NCBI GenBank assembly: GCA_965203985.1
Contig: CBDBDS010000005.1
Span: 10,074-74,073, forward strand
Source: Dehalococcoidia bacterium
Lineage (GTDB): Bacteria; Chloroflexota; Dehalococcoidia; Lucifugimonadales; UBA3495
DNA: 64,000 nt
Reading direction: 5' to 3'
The notes under the pieces are model-generated. The model searched no databases. It was not told the origin of the DNA and saw nothing but the letters and a program-made list of their open reading frames with translations. This document shows, piece by piece, positions 53,854-62,883 of this stretch (the stretch's first letter is position 1; every line of letters begins with the position of its first letter). Position numbers and translations under genes: made by a program.

Positions 53854-53969
53854 CATCTCCCCGGGCCTGGTCGCCCGCCGCGGCGTTCTACAACACGGAC
53901 AACTTGCGTGATTGACGACGCGCCGGCGGGCTGATCCAGCGGGGCTAAACTCGAGGAGGAGCGAACACA

Positions 53970-56252
53970 ATGAGCAATATCGATTCCACTCCGGAATTCG
54001 TGCGGGAAACCTACCGAAAAATGGACGAGAAGCTGGCCCAGGTGCGGGGCAGGCTCAACCGCCCCCTGACCATGGCTGAGAAGCTATTGCTCTCTCATCT
54101 GGACGACGTTGCCGACGCCGACCTGCGCCCTGGCGACAGCTACATCAACCTCCGCCCCGACCGAGTGGCCCATCAGGACGTGACGGGACAGATGGCCATC
54201 CTGCAGTTCATGCAGTCCGGCCGCGATCGCGTGGCGGTCCCGACCACCGTGCACTGCGACCACCTCATCCAGGCCCGCGTCGGCGCCTCCTCCGACCTCC
54301 AGGACGCGCTCAACGAGAGCAACGAGGTCTACCAGTTCCTGGAATCCGCCAGCCGCCGCTTTGGCATGGGGTTCTGGAAGCCCGGCTCCGGCATCATCCA
54401 CCAGGTGGTACTCGAAAAGTACGCCTTTCCCGGCGCCCTGATCATTGGGACCGACTCGCACACCGTCAACGGCGGCGGCCTGGGCTCACTGGCCATCGGC
54501 GTGGGCGGAGCGGACGCGGCCGACGTGATGGCCGGCCTCCCCTGGGAAGTGCGCTATCCACGCATCATTGGCGTCAAGCTCACGGGTTCCATGAGCGGCT
54601 GGACCGCGCCCAAGGATGTCATCATCAAGCTGGCCTACGAGCTCACCGTTTCCGGCGGCACCAACGCCATCATCGAATACTTCGGACCCGGCGCCGCCTC
54701 CATCTCCGCCACCGGCAAGGGCACGATCTGCAACATGGGCGCCGAGCTGGGCGCCACCGGCGACGTGTTCCCCTACGACGAGCGCATGGCCACCTACCTG
54801 CGCGCCACCGGCCGCGAGGATCTGGTCGCAATCGCTGAGGAGTACAAACATCTGCTCCAGTCCGACCCCGAGGTCGAGGAGCAGCCGGAGCAGTTCTACG
54901 ACCAGATCGTCGAGATCGACCTGTCCTCGTTGGAACCGCACGTTACCGGGCCCCATTCGCCCGACCGGGCGCGGCCGATTTCCGCGCTGGCCGCTGAGGC
55001 CCAACAGGAAGGCTTTCCGGAGCGGGTGTCCGTGGCGCTGGTCGGCAGCTGCACCAACTCCTCCTACGAAGACATGGAACGCTGCGCCGACGTGGCCCGA
55101 CAGGCCGCTGCCCACGGAGTGTCCGCCGCTTCAGGTCTGCTGGTTACCCCCGGTTCCGAGCAGGTCCGCGCCACCATCGAGCGCGACGGTCAGCAGGCCG
55201 CGCTGGAAGCCATCGGCGCAACCGTGCTGGCCAACGCCTGCGGTCCCTGCATCGGCCAGTGGAACCGGCCCGAGGCCCGCGGCACCGACAACAGCATCGT
55301 CACGTCCTACAACCGCAACTTCCCCAGCCGCAACGACGGCAACGCCGGCACCATGAACTTCATCGCCAGCCCCGAGCTGGCCGTGGCCATGGGTCTGGGC
55401 GGCAGCCTCTCTTTCAACCCGCTGACCGACCCGCTGGTGGACGCCGACGGCAACGAGTTCATGCTCCAGCCGCCGTCCGAGGCCCCCGAGGTACCGCCCA
55501 CCGGCTTTGACCCGGGTACCGACATGTACGTCGAGCCGCCGGAAGACGGCAGCGACGTTGAGGTCCGCGTCGACCCCAACAGCAACCGGCTGCAGGTCCT
55601 GGATCCGTGGGATCCGTGGGATGGCAACGACTTCGAAGACGTACCGATCCTGGTGAAGACCGAAGGCAAGACCACGACTGACTCCATCTCGCCGGCCGGC
55701 CCGTGGCTCCGTTTCCGTGGCCACCTGAACAACCTCAGCGACAACATGTTCCTTGGCGCCAACAACGCCTACACCGATGACACCGGAACCGGCAAGAACC
55801 AGCTCTCCGGCGAGGAAATCATGCCTATTCCGGAGATCGCCCGGGCCTACAGCGCCCAGGGCATCCGCTGGGTCGCCATCGGCGACGAGAACTACGGCGA
55901 GGGCTCCAGCCGCGAGCACGCTGCGCTGTCGCCCCGAATGCTGGGCGCCGCGGCCATCATCACCCGCAGCTTCGCCCGCATCCACGAGTCGAACTTGAAG
56001 AAGCAGGGGTTGCTGCCTCTCACCTTCGAGGACCCGGCGGACTGGGACCGCGTGCTGGAGGACGACCGCATGAGCCTGGTCGGCCTCAACGACCTGGCGC
56101 CGGACCGCCCGGTCCAGGCGGTCCTCAAGCACGCCGACGGCTCCGAGGAAACGCTCAACCTGCGGCACACGCTGAACGACACCCAGATCGCGTGGTTCCG
56201 GGCCGGCAGCGCCATGAACCACATGAAAAACCTGGAGAGCGCCAGCAGCTAA
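53970..56252 (+). CDS. acnA: aconitate hydratase (mitochondrial-type)
   Basis: LRPDRVA.QD.T.QMA, HCDHLI, GTDSHT.N.GG, GSCTNSSYED, NYGEGSSREHAA. Confidence 0.95.
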   Translation: MSNIDSTPEFVRETYRKMDEKLAQVRGRLNRPLTMAEKLLLSHLDDVADADLRPGDSYINLRPDRVAHQDVTGQMAILQFMQSGRDRVAVPTTVHCDHLIQARVGASSDLQDALNESNEVYQFLESASRRFGMGFWKPGSGIIHQVVLEKYAFPGALIIGTDSHTVNGGGLGSLAIGVGGADAADVMAGLPWEVRYPRIIGVKLTGSMSGWTAPKDVIIKLAYELTVSGGTNAIIEYFGPGAASISATGKGTICNMGAELGATGDVFPYDERMATYLRATGREDLVAIAEEYKHLLQSDPEVEEQPEQFYDQIVEIDLSSLEPHVTGPHSPDRARPISALAAEAQQEGFPERVSVALVGSCTNSSYEDMERCADVARQAAAHGVSAASGLLVTPGSEQVRATIERDGQQAALEAIGATVLANACGPCIGQWNRPEARGTDNSIVTSYNRNFPSRNDGNAGTMNFIASPELAVAMGLGGSLSFNPLTDPLVDADGNEFMLQPPSEAPEVPPTGFDPGTDMYVEPPEDGSDVEVRVDPNSNRLQVLDPWDPWDGNDFEDVPILVKTEGKTTTDSISPAGPWLRFRGHLNNLSDNMFLGANNAYTDDTGTGKNQLSGEEIMPIPEIARAYSAQGIRWVAIGDENYGEGSSREHAALSPRMLGAAAIITRSFARIHESNLKKQGLLPLTFEDPADWDRVLEDDRMSLVGLNDLAPDRPVQAVLKHADGSEETLNLRHTLNDTQIAWFRAGSAMNHMKNLESASS

Positions 56253-56276
56253 CCGGTTTCACACCTGGCACTACGG

Positions 56277-56308
56277 GGGGCGTCTGCGCGAGCAGGCGCC
56301 CCTGTTTT
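56277..56308 (+). terminator. probable intrinsic terminator after aconitase
   Basis: ggggcgtctgc-gcga-gcaggcgcccc followed by tgtttt. Confidence 0.55.
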
Positions 56309-56373
56309 GCGGGGAGCCGCCGCGACGCAGCTTTTCTTGCCCGCCTTCGCCGGCCGGTGGTATGGTATTGACC

Positions 56374-58173
56374 ATGACCACGCAGATCACCAACGAAGAC
56401 ATCGTCCAGCTGTTCAACAACATGGCTGCCATGTTGGAGATCAAGGGTGACACCGTCTTCAAGATTCGTGCCTACCAGCGCGCCGCCAACACCATCGAAC
56501 AACTCAGCTGGTCGCTGGCCGCGGCGGCCTCCGCCGGCGACGACCTGAAGAAAATTCCCGGCGTCGGCAAGGCCATCAGCGAAAAGGTCCAGGAGTACGT
56601 GGCGACGGGCCGCGTTGCGGCCTACGATCGCCTGGCCGAGGAGCTTCCGCCCAACGTCCTGGAACTGCTCGAAGTTCCCGGCATGGGACCCAAGACCGTG
56701 AAAGCCGCCGTGGACGAGCTCGCTATCGGGTCCGTCGCCGAGCTGGAGCAGGCCGCTTTGGACGGCCGGCTCGAACAGCTGCCCCGCATGGGCAAGCGTT
56801 CCGTGGCAAACATTCTGCGCCACATCCAGGCCCAGCGAATGCGATCCGACCGCACGCCCCTGGGCATCGCCTCCGAGACCTGCGCCGCGGTAACTGCCCA
56901 GTTGTTCGACACTTGCCCCGGTCTGGTGAGCATCACCCCGGCCGGCTCGCTTCGCCGCTGGGAGGAAACCATCGGCGACCTGGACCTCATCGCGGTGTCG
57001 GAGAACCCCGCGGAGACCGGCCCGGCCCTGGCCGCCCTGCCATCAGTCCGTGAGGTCCTCGTTCAGGGCGATTCCAAGACCTCCGTGATCGTCGACCCAA
57101 GCATCCAGATTGACCTGCGCATCGGCGAGCCCGACGCCATGGGAGCAATGCTCCAGTACTTCACCGGCAGCCAGCAGCACAACATCCGGCTGCGTGATTA
57201 CGCCAACCGCCGGGGTTTGTCCCTGAACGAATACGGCATCACGGTAATTGAGAGCGGCGAAACCGAGCGGTTCCGGGACGAGGAGTCTTTCTACGGCCGT
57301 CTCGACCTGCCCTGGATCCCGCCGGAACTCCGCCGCGGTGCCGACGAGCTGGACGCCGCCCGCGACGACAACCTGCCCAACCTGATCACCGAAGCCGACC
57401 TCCGGGGCGACCTGCACCTCCACAGCGATTGGAGCGACGGCAAATTCCCCCTGGAAGAAATGGTCGCCGCCGTGGCCGCGATGGGCTACGAATACATGGC
57501 TCTCACCGACCATTCCCAGGGCCTGGGAGTCGCCAACGGCCTGACCCCCGACCGTCTTGCCCGCCAGGTCGAAATCCTGAAGGGCCTCCAGTCCCGGTAC
57601 GACATGACCATCCTCTGCGGCTCGGAGGTGGACATTCGCGCCGACGGCGCCATGGACTTTCCCGACGACGTGTTGGGCATGCTGGACTGGGTCATCGCCT
57701 CCATTCACAACGCCATGAGCCAGGATCGGGACACCATGACCCGGCGCATCACCCGCGCCATGGAGAACCCTCACGTTGCCGTTATCGGCCACGCCTCCGC
57801 GCGTCTGCTCGGCCGCCGCGATCCGGTTGAGTTCGATATCGAGACACTGCTGCAAACCGCTCGCGACACCGGCACCGCCATGGAAATCAACGCCGCCCCG
57901 GAACGCTTGGACCTCAAGGACACCCACGCGGCCCGTGCCCGCGAGTTGGGCGTACCGCTGGTGATCGACACCGACTCGCACCACATTGACGGCCTGACCA
58001 ACCGCACCTTCGGCGTGGCCGTAGCCCGCCGCGCCTGGTGCGGGCCGGAGCATGTCCTGAACACCTATCCGGCCAGCGAGTTCCTCGCTTGGCTCCGGGC
58101 GCCGAAAGGCCAGCGACCCGAACGCTTCGCGGCTATGGTAGCGAGCCGGCAGGCTGCGGCATCCCGACCATGA
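56374..58173 (+). CDS. polX: DNA polymerase X with PHP 3'-5' exonuclease
   Basis: KIRAYQRAA, IPGVGKAI, AGSLRR.EETIGDLD, YFTGS.QHN, GDLHLHS.WSDG, TDHS. Confidence 0.95.
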   Translation: MTTQITNEDIVQLFNNMAAMLEIKGDTVFKIRAYQRAANTIEQLSWSLAAAASAGDDLKKIPGVGKAISEKVQEYVATGRVAAYDRLAEELPPNVLELLEVPGMGPKTVKAAVDELAIGSVAELEQAALDGRLEQLPRMGKRSVANILRHIQAQRMRSDRTPLGIASETCAAVTAQLFDTCPGLVSITPAGSLRRWEETIGDLDLIAVSENPAETGPALAALPSVREVLVQGDSKTSVIVDPSIQIDLRIGEPDAMGAMLQYFTGSQQHNIRLRDYANRRGLSLNEYGITVIESGETERFRDEESFYGRLDLPWIPPELRRGADELDAARDDNLPNLITEADLRGDLHLHSDWSDGKFPLEEMVAAVAAMGYEYMALTDHSQGLGVANGLTPDRLARQVEILKGLQSRYDMTILCGSEVDIRADGAMDFPDDVLGMLDWVIASIHNAMSQDRDTMTRRITRAMENPHVAVIGHASARLLGRRDPVEFDIETLLQTARDTGTAMEINAAPERLDLKDTHAARARELGVPLVIDTDSHHIDGLTNRTFGVAVARRAWCGPEHVLNTYPASEFLAWLRAPKGQRPERFAAMVASRQAAASRP

Positions 58174-58958
58174 CCTTCACGGTGGACGACACCGGGATCG
58201 CGGTAATCTCACCGGCGCACGGCGCCGCAGGTCTCCCGGAATACGAGCACGTCATCGAGCGGTTGCGCTCCCGCGCCGGCCGCGCCGAGCCGTGGCACAT
58301 CGCGCTGCTGGACGCCATCGGGCGCTGGAGCCTCCCCCACGAGGAAATCTGGGGACGAACCTGGCGTTACGTCATCGGCGGCGAAGCGCTGGATTGGCTC
58401 ACCCTGGCCCATCGTCTCAGCCTTGCAATCCCGGATGCCGTCCCACCGGAGGAGTTGGAAACCCTGCTGTTCTACGGGCGTCTGCCCGAAGACATCGGCG
58501 CGGAACGGTTCCGTCAACTCATCGGACCCTACCGCTACACCGCCCACCTGAATTTCTGGTACGGCGTGGTAGTCGAAGAGGCATTGCAACTGGTCACGGA
58601 AGACGCCATCCGCAAGAGCCGACTGGCCCGCTGCTACGGCGACAGCGACGACGTGGTGGAGGACGCCTACCGCAATCTCTACGGCGATACCCGCGCCAAC
58701 CTCGTGCCTGAGTTCCTCGCGGATGCCGGCGGAGCCTGGGGTTGGGAACCTGAGTGCCTTTCCCTGGTTGCCTGGAAGGAATTCACCTACTGGCTGTTCA
58801 AGCGTCGCATCCGCAAGTGGCACCCGGCCCGGGTCGCCAGCGATACCCGGCGGGGCTTGGAGCGGCTCCAGGCGTTGCGCGACGATGCCCATGCCGGCGA
58901 CCCCGGCCTCCTCATCATGAACAGCGCCGACCTGCCGGCGCTGCAAAGAACAAAATAG
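58170..58958 (+). CDS. conserved hypothetical protein
   Basis: ATGA-coupled to polX; 262 aa with typical codon bias. Confidence 0.75.
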   Translation: MTFTVDDTGIAVISPAHGAAGLPEYEHVIERLRSRAGRAEPWHIALLDAIGRWSLPHEEIWGRTWRYVIGGEALDWLTLAHRLSLAIPDAVPPEELETLLFYGRLPEDIGAERFRQLIGPYRYTAHLNFWYGVVVEEALQLVTEDAIRKSRLARCYGDSDDVVEDAYRNLYGDTRANLVPEFLADAGGAWGWEPECLSLVAWKEFTYWLFKRRIRKWHPARVASDTRRGLERLQALRDDAHAGDPGLLIMNSADLPALQRTK

Positions 58959-58979
58959 GGGCGAAAACCTTCGCCCCTA
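58956..58979. repeat. GTAG-type REP-like palindrome
   Basis: taggggcgaa-aacc-ttcgccccta between convergent genes. Confidence 0.65.
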
Positions 58980-59011
58980 AATCACTTTCGCCTTTGCGCC
59001 GGACGGTTCGG

Positions 59012-60112
59012 CTATAGGCCGTACACCTTGCGGTAGCTCAGGCTCATCCGCTTGCGCTCGGTGTCGATGCTCAGGATCTGCACCTTGATCTGCTGACCCT
59101 GGTAGACAATCTCCCGGGGGTGCTCCATCCGACGAGCCGACAACTCGGAGATATGCACCAGGCCCTCGACCCAGTCTTCCAGCTTGACGAAGGCGCCGAA
59201 GTCCATGAGGCGGGTGACGGTTCCGTCGACAATGTCGCCAACGTGGTACCGCTCCGGCACGGTATCCCAAGGTTCCGGCTGGGTCCGCTTCAGGCTCAGG
59301 GAGATTTTGCTGTTCTCCCGGTCCACCCGCAGCACCTTGAGGGTGAGGTCGTCACCCACGCTGACCACTTCTTCCGGCGACTTGATCATGGACCAGGACA
59401 GCTCGGAGATGGGCACCAGCCCCTCCGCGTCGCCCAGGTCGACGAAGGCGCCGAACCCGCGCATCGACCGCACCGTGCCCTGCACGATCTGGCCTTCCTG
59501 CAGTTCTTCCAGCAGGCGCTCCTTGGCCGCGTTGCGCAACTGTCGCCAGATACGCCGCTCGGTCAGCACCAACTTTTCACGCTGGGCGTCCAGCTCAAGG
59601 ATGTTGAACCGCGCGTCCTCACCGATCCTGGCGTCCAAGTGTTCGATGCGGCCTTCTTTCGGCACCGGCGCCATTTGCGAGAAGGGCACGAAACCGCGCA
59701 CTCCCTGCCAGTCGACCACCAGGCCGCCCTTGTTGTGCTGCACCACCTTGGCCGCCAGTTCGGAGTCCTGCTTGTGCAGCTCAATCAGGTCTTCCCAGAC
59801 CTGCTTTTCCTGCGCCTGGTCGTATGAGAATACCGCCATTCCTCCGGGCCCGCGATTGTTCAGGTGAATGACAATCACGTTGGCGCCCGGCTGCATCTGT
59901 TCTCGCTTCTCGTCGGTAAGTGTGCGCATCTCCTGTGGCGGAACGATGCCCTCGGTCTTGAGGCCGGCGCTGATGACCATGCCCTCGTCATCGATGCGCA
60001 CTATCTCGCCGGTCACCAAGTCGCCTCTCCGGTACTCCCTCGGCGAAAACGCCGACTCCGGGAGTTGAGACATGTCGGTGACTTCGACTACGTTCGGGTC
60101 CTGGGCTACCAT
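59012..60112 (-). CDS. rpsA: ribosomal protein S1-like multi-S1 domain protein
   Basis: Repeated S1 motifs (NKGGLVV..GFVP.SQ; FGAFVDLG..EGLVPISELSW; FGAFVKL..VEGLVHISEL). Confidence 0.85.
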   Translation of the reverse strand: MVAQDPNVVEVTDMSQLPESAFSPREYRRGDLVTGEIVRIDDEGMVISAGLKTEGIVPPQEMRTLTDEKREQMQPGANVIVIHLNNRGPGGMAVFSYDQAQEKQVWEDLIELHKQDSELAAKVVQHNKGGLVVDWQGVRGFVPFSQMAPVPKEGRIEHLDARIGEDARFNILELDAQREKLVLTERRIWRQLRNAAKERLLEELQEGQIVQGTVRSMRGFGAFVDLGDAEGLVPISELSWSMIKSPEEVVSVGDDLTLKVLRVDRENSKISLSLKRTQPEPWDTVPERYHVGDIVDGTVTRLMDFGAFVKLEDWVEGLVHISELSARRMEHPREIVYQGQQIKVQILSIDTERKRMSLSYRKVYGL

Positions 60113-60290
60113 CAGTTAAGCTGCTCCTTACTCTGGCTTACGGTCGATTGCGCGACCGCACAGGTTGAGCAGGTACTTCGTTCTCGCTTGGATCACTTTC
60201 CCCACAATTCGCCTGCCTAATAATACTTATACCGCACGCAAATTGCAACCGCAAAGCCCGAAGGCCATGCGCACCTCCCTTTCGCAAGTC

Positions 60291-60400
60291 GTCAGCAGCA
60301 GGATTTTCAAGATTTGGGGATTATCAGGATTGGAACCGTTTTGTGATGGAGATCTCCCAATCCTGCCCAATCATAAAATCCCGCAAATCCCGCTTCTGAC
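60291..60400. repeat. family B palindromic element
   Basis: Closely similar to 30242-30351. Confidence 0.85.
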
Positions 60401-60536
60401 AACTTCCTGACGACGGCAAGCAGGTGGGTCCGCCCGAGGGCAAAGGCGCGGCGGGCCAAAACGCAAAGTGGCCCGCAGATGGGGGCTCGCACCAGAGACT
60501 AATGCCTGTCCTGGCGGGGGTGCTATGACCGGGGCC

Positions 60537-61223
60537 TCAGGGACTCTGCTGGCGCAGCAGCGCCTCCAGTTCGCGGATCCGGGCCTCGGCGGCGTCAGCG
60601 CGGGCACGCTCGGTGTCAAAGGTGGCGATGTGCAACCCCGTCGCGGGGTCGTAGCAGCCCAGTTGGCCTTTTTCCCATCGCCAGTCCAGGTTCAGTACCT
60701 CGCTATGGCCCTGCAACACATCCCCAGACAACTCGGCAATGTCGATTGGTTCGTACCTCCCGTCCACCAGCCGGTCGCCAGCCAGTCTCGCGCCGTGAAA
60801 CTCACCCGTGGCGTCGAACCGCCAGTACTCCGGTATCCCCAGCCTCTCGTAGAACTCGCGCTTCGCCCCAACGTCAATTCGCGCCGTCCGCTGCGAAGCT
60901 ATCTCAAGCACCAGGTCCGGTGGCTTGCCCTGCTCCGAGATCACGTAGCCGTTGGTCTCCCGGTAGGCGGCCGGGTCCACGTCGAAGGCCACCATCAGGT
61001 CGGGATACCTCATCTCAGCGCCGCGCCGGGCTAGCATGTACTTCTCCCCGGACACGATGGTGGTCTCGGGATGGCCCAGGAACTGCTTCAGATGGTGGTG
61101 CAGCCCGGTCTCGCTGAGGTGCTCGGCGGATGTCATGTCGTCGGGTTCCCGCTCGGGCGGGTCGGGCAGCCGGAAACCGCCGGGGGCTGGGGGCGTCTTG
61201 GCGAAGGTGTCGGGCGTGGTCAT
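60537..61223 (-). CDS. Uma2 family endonuclease
   Basis: YPDLMVAF, GKPPDLVLEIAS, K..FYE.LGIPEYWRFD. Confidence 0.9.
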   Translation of the reverse strand: MTTPDTFAKTPPAPGGFRLPDPPEREPDDMTSAEHLSETGLHHHLKQFLGHPETTIVSGEKYMLARRGAEMRYPDLMVAFDVDPAAYRETNGYVISEQGKPPDLVLEIASQRTARIDVGAKREFYERLGIPEYWRFDATGEFHGARLAGDRLVDGRYEPIDIAELSGDVLQGHSEVLNLDWRWEKGQLGCYDPATGLHIATFDTERARADAAEARIRELEALLRQQSP

Positions 61224-61382
61224 ATCGCACCTGGCGGCGGTCGGTCGGCTCCGCTCTCCGGCTCCGGAAAAGGCGTTAGACGTGCCGGCCATTCTACGCC
61301 ATACGGCGGTCTGCAGACAGCGGGGCCCGGCGTGATGGTGCTATGCCTGCCCGGTCAGCCCCCTCCGAACGCATACCCGGTT

Positions 61383-61486
61383 TGTCATTGCGACCCCGCA
61401 CTTGATGCGAGGGTGGCAATCTGGTTGGGACCAGGATCGTCTCTGCACCAACGAGATTGCCACGGCGCAAGCGCCTCGCAATGACA
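61383..61486. repeat. GTCATTGCGAG-type palindromic element
   Basis: tgtcattgcga...gtggcaatct / agattgccac...tcgcaatgaca. Confidence 0.85.
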
Positions 61487-61568
61487 GCCTCCTGAATTCC
61501 GAACACTTACGAACGAGCCGACTGAATTGACACGGCCGATGCCGCCGTCTATGATTAAAGCCCGGTTA

Positions 61569-61645
61569 GCCGAGGTAGCTCAGCCTGGTAGAGCACGGCA
61601 CTGAAAATGCCGGTGTCGGTGGTTCGAATCCGCCCCTCGGCACCA
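61569..61645 (+). tRNA. tRNA-Phe(GAA)
   Basis: Acceptor GCCGAGG/CCTCGGC, D arm AGCTCAGCCTGGTAGAGC, anticodon loop CTGAAAA, GGTTCGAATCC T loop, encoded CCA. Confidence 0.97.
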
Positions 61646-61987
61646 AAATCCCAATTTCCTACTCAGAAGCGGCCCCATTTGGGGCCGTTTTCGCCGTTTT
61701 GCCGACCATTTGCCGACCAAATTCACAACTGCCGACCGCAGTCAGCCGCGTTCCACAGCACCAAACACGCGCCAATCGGTATCAGTAAACGCGGTCAGAC
61801 AGCCGGGGTAAAGGCCACTGGTTTGTTTTCGTCCCATCAGCACGTGGGCAAATTGTGATCTCAACCCTACAACAACGACATTCTGAATTTCCGCCAATGG
61901 AACCGAGTTGGGCCTGCCTTGGATCATGGTAACCAGGTAGTTCCGGCAATTGGCGTCAAAGAACAAAGTGGAAGCGAGTGAGGATTA

Positions 61988-62863
61988 GAGCCTATCCTAA
62001 TAAGCCGGCGGCTCTGAGGGTGATGAGTACGCCGGCAAATTTAAGAAAGGCGATGTAGTTCTCAGGGGACTTGTCCCAACGCACCAGGATGCGCCGGAAG
62101 CGGTTCAGCCAGCTGTGCGTGCGTTCCACTACCCAACGCCGGGCTTTGAAACCGGCCTCCCCTTTGATGGCTCGAACCTTTTCGCCTCGGCTGCGGATGT
62201 GGGCGGTGAGCCGAACTCGTCCAGGGTGCGATGCACCTCGGCAAAGCGTAGCCTTTGTCCAGGAACATACCCTGAGGATGCTGTGGACTGGGCTTCGGTC
62301 AGCAGGCCGCGCTTGACCCCTCGCTTACTCCGCTCGTTGGGGTTGGCGCCGGTTGTTCCCGCCTGAGGAGACTTGGTCATGGCTCCGTCCATACTCAACC
62401 AACTCCAGTCCAGACCCTTCAGTTCGTCGTAGCGCTCCAGTTCCACCCGCCACAGTTCCAGGAACACCCCGATGGAAATCCATTCCTGGAAGCGCAGATA
62501 CGCCGTGGACCCGGAACAGACCCCTGTGATGTCCAGTGTTTTCCGCTGGTCCGCCAGAGAGGGGTTTGCAGCACGTAGAAGATGCCATTGACGCAGGTGC
62601 AGTCGGGAACTCTGGACCGATCGCCGCCGAACCGATGGGTTGGGTATTGACACGCTCAGTGATCAATGGCTCCAGCACCTCCCAGAATTCGTCGGAGATC
62701 TAAAAACCGCCGGTGGTCGGATTGGTCTTGGTGGCAGGGCCAGCACGCTTGGGACGCCGGGGGGTGGATTTTTCGCTTTGGTCATTGACCAAGTTGAGGC
62801 GCAACTTTGGTTTGGCTTCCCGGAATAGGACCGGGAGTTTTCACCAGTCATTGGGATAGGCTC
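61988..62863 (-). mobile_element. IS5-family element, degenerate transposase
   Basis: TIRs GAGCCTATCCTAA / TTGGGATAGGCTC flanked by TA; fragments ISDEFW, NGIFYVL, WSWLSMDG, LDKGY, RWVVERTHSWLNRFRR, interrupted by an in-frame stop and several frameshifts. Confidence 0.9.
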
Positions 62864-62883
62864 TAAGCTGGGCTTTGCGCATC

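Noticed and set aside
61742-61966. 74-aa minus-strand ORF next to the IS5 end
   Set aside because: No recognisable motif; may be a remnant of a disrupted gene but cannot be supported.
61994-62800. Programmed frameshift yielding an active IS5 transposase
   Set aside because: An in-frame TAG, several frameshifts and an apparent internal deletion indicate decay rather than recoding.
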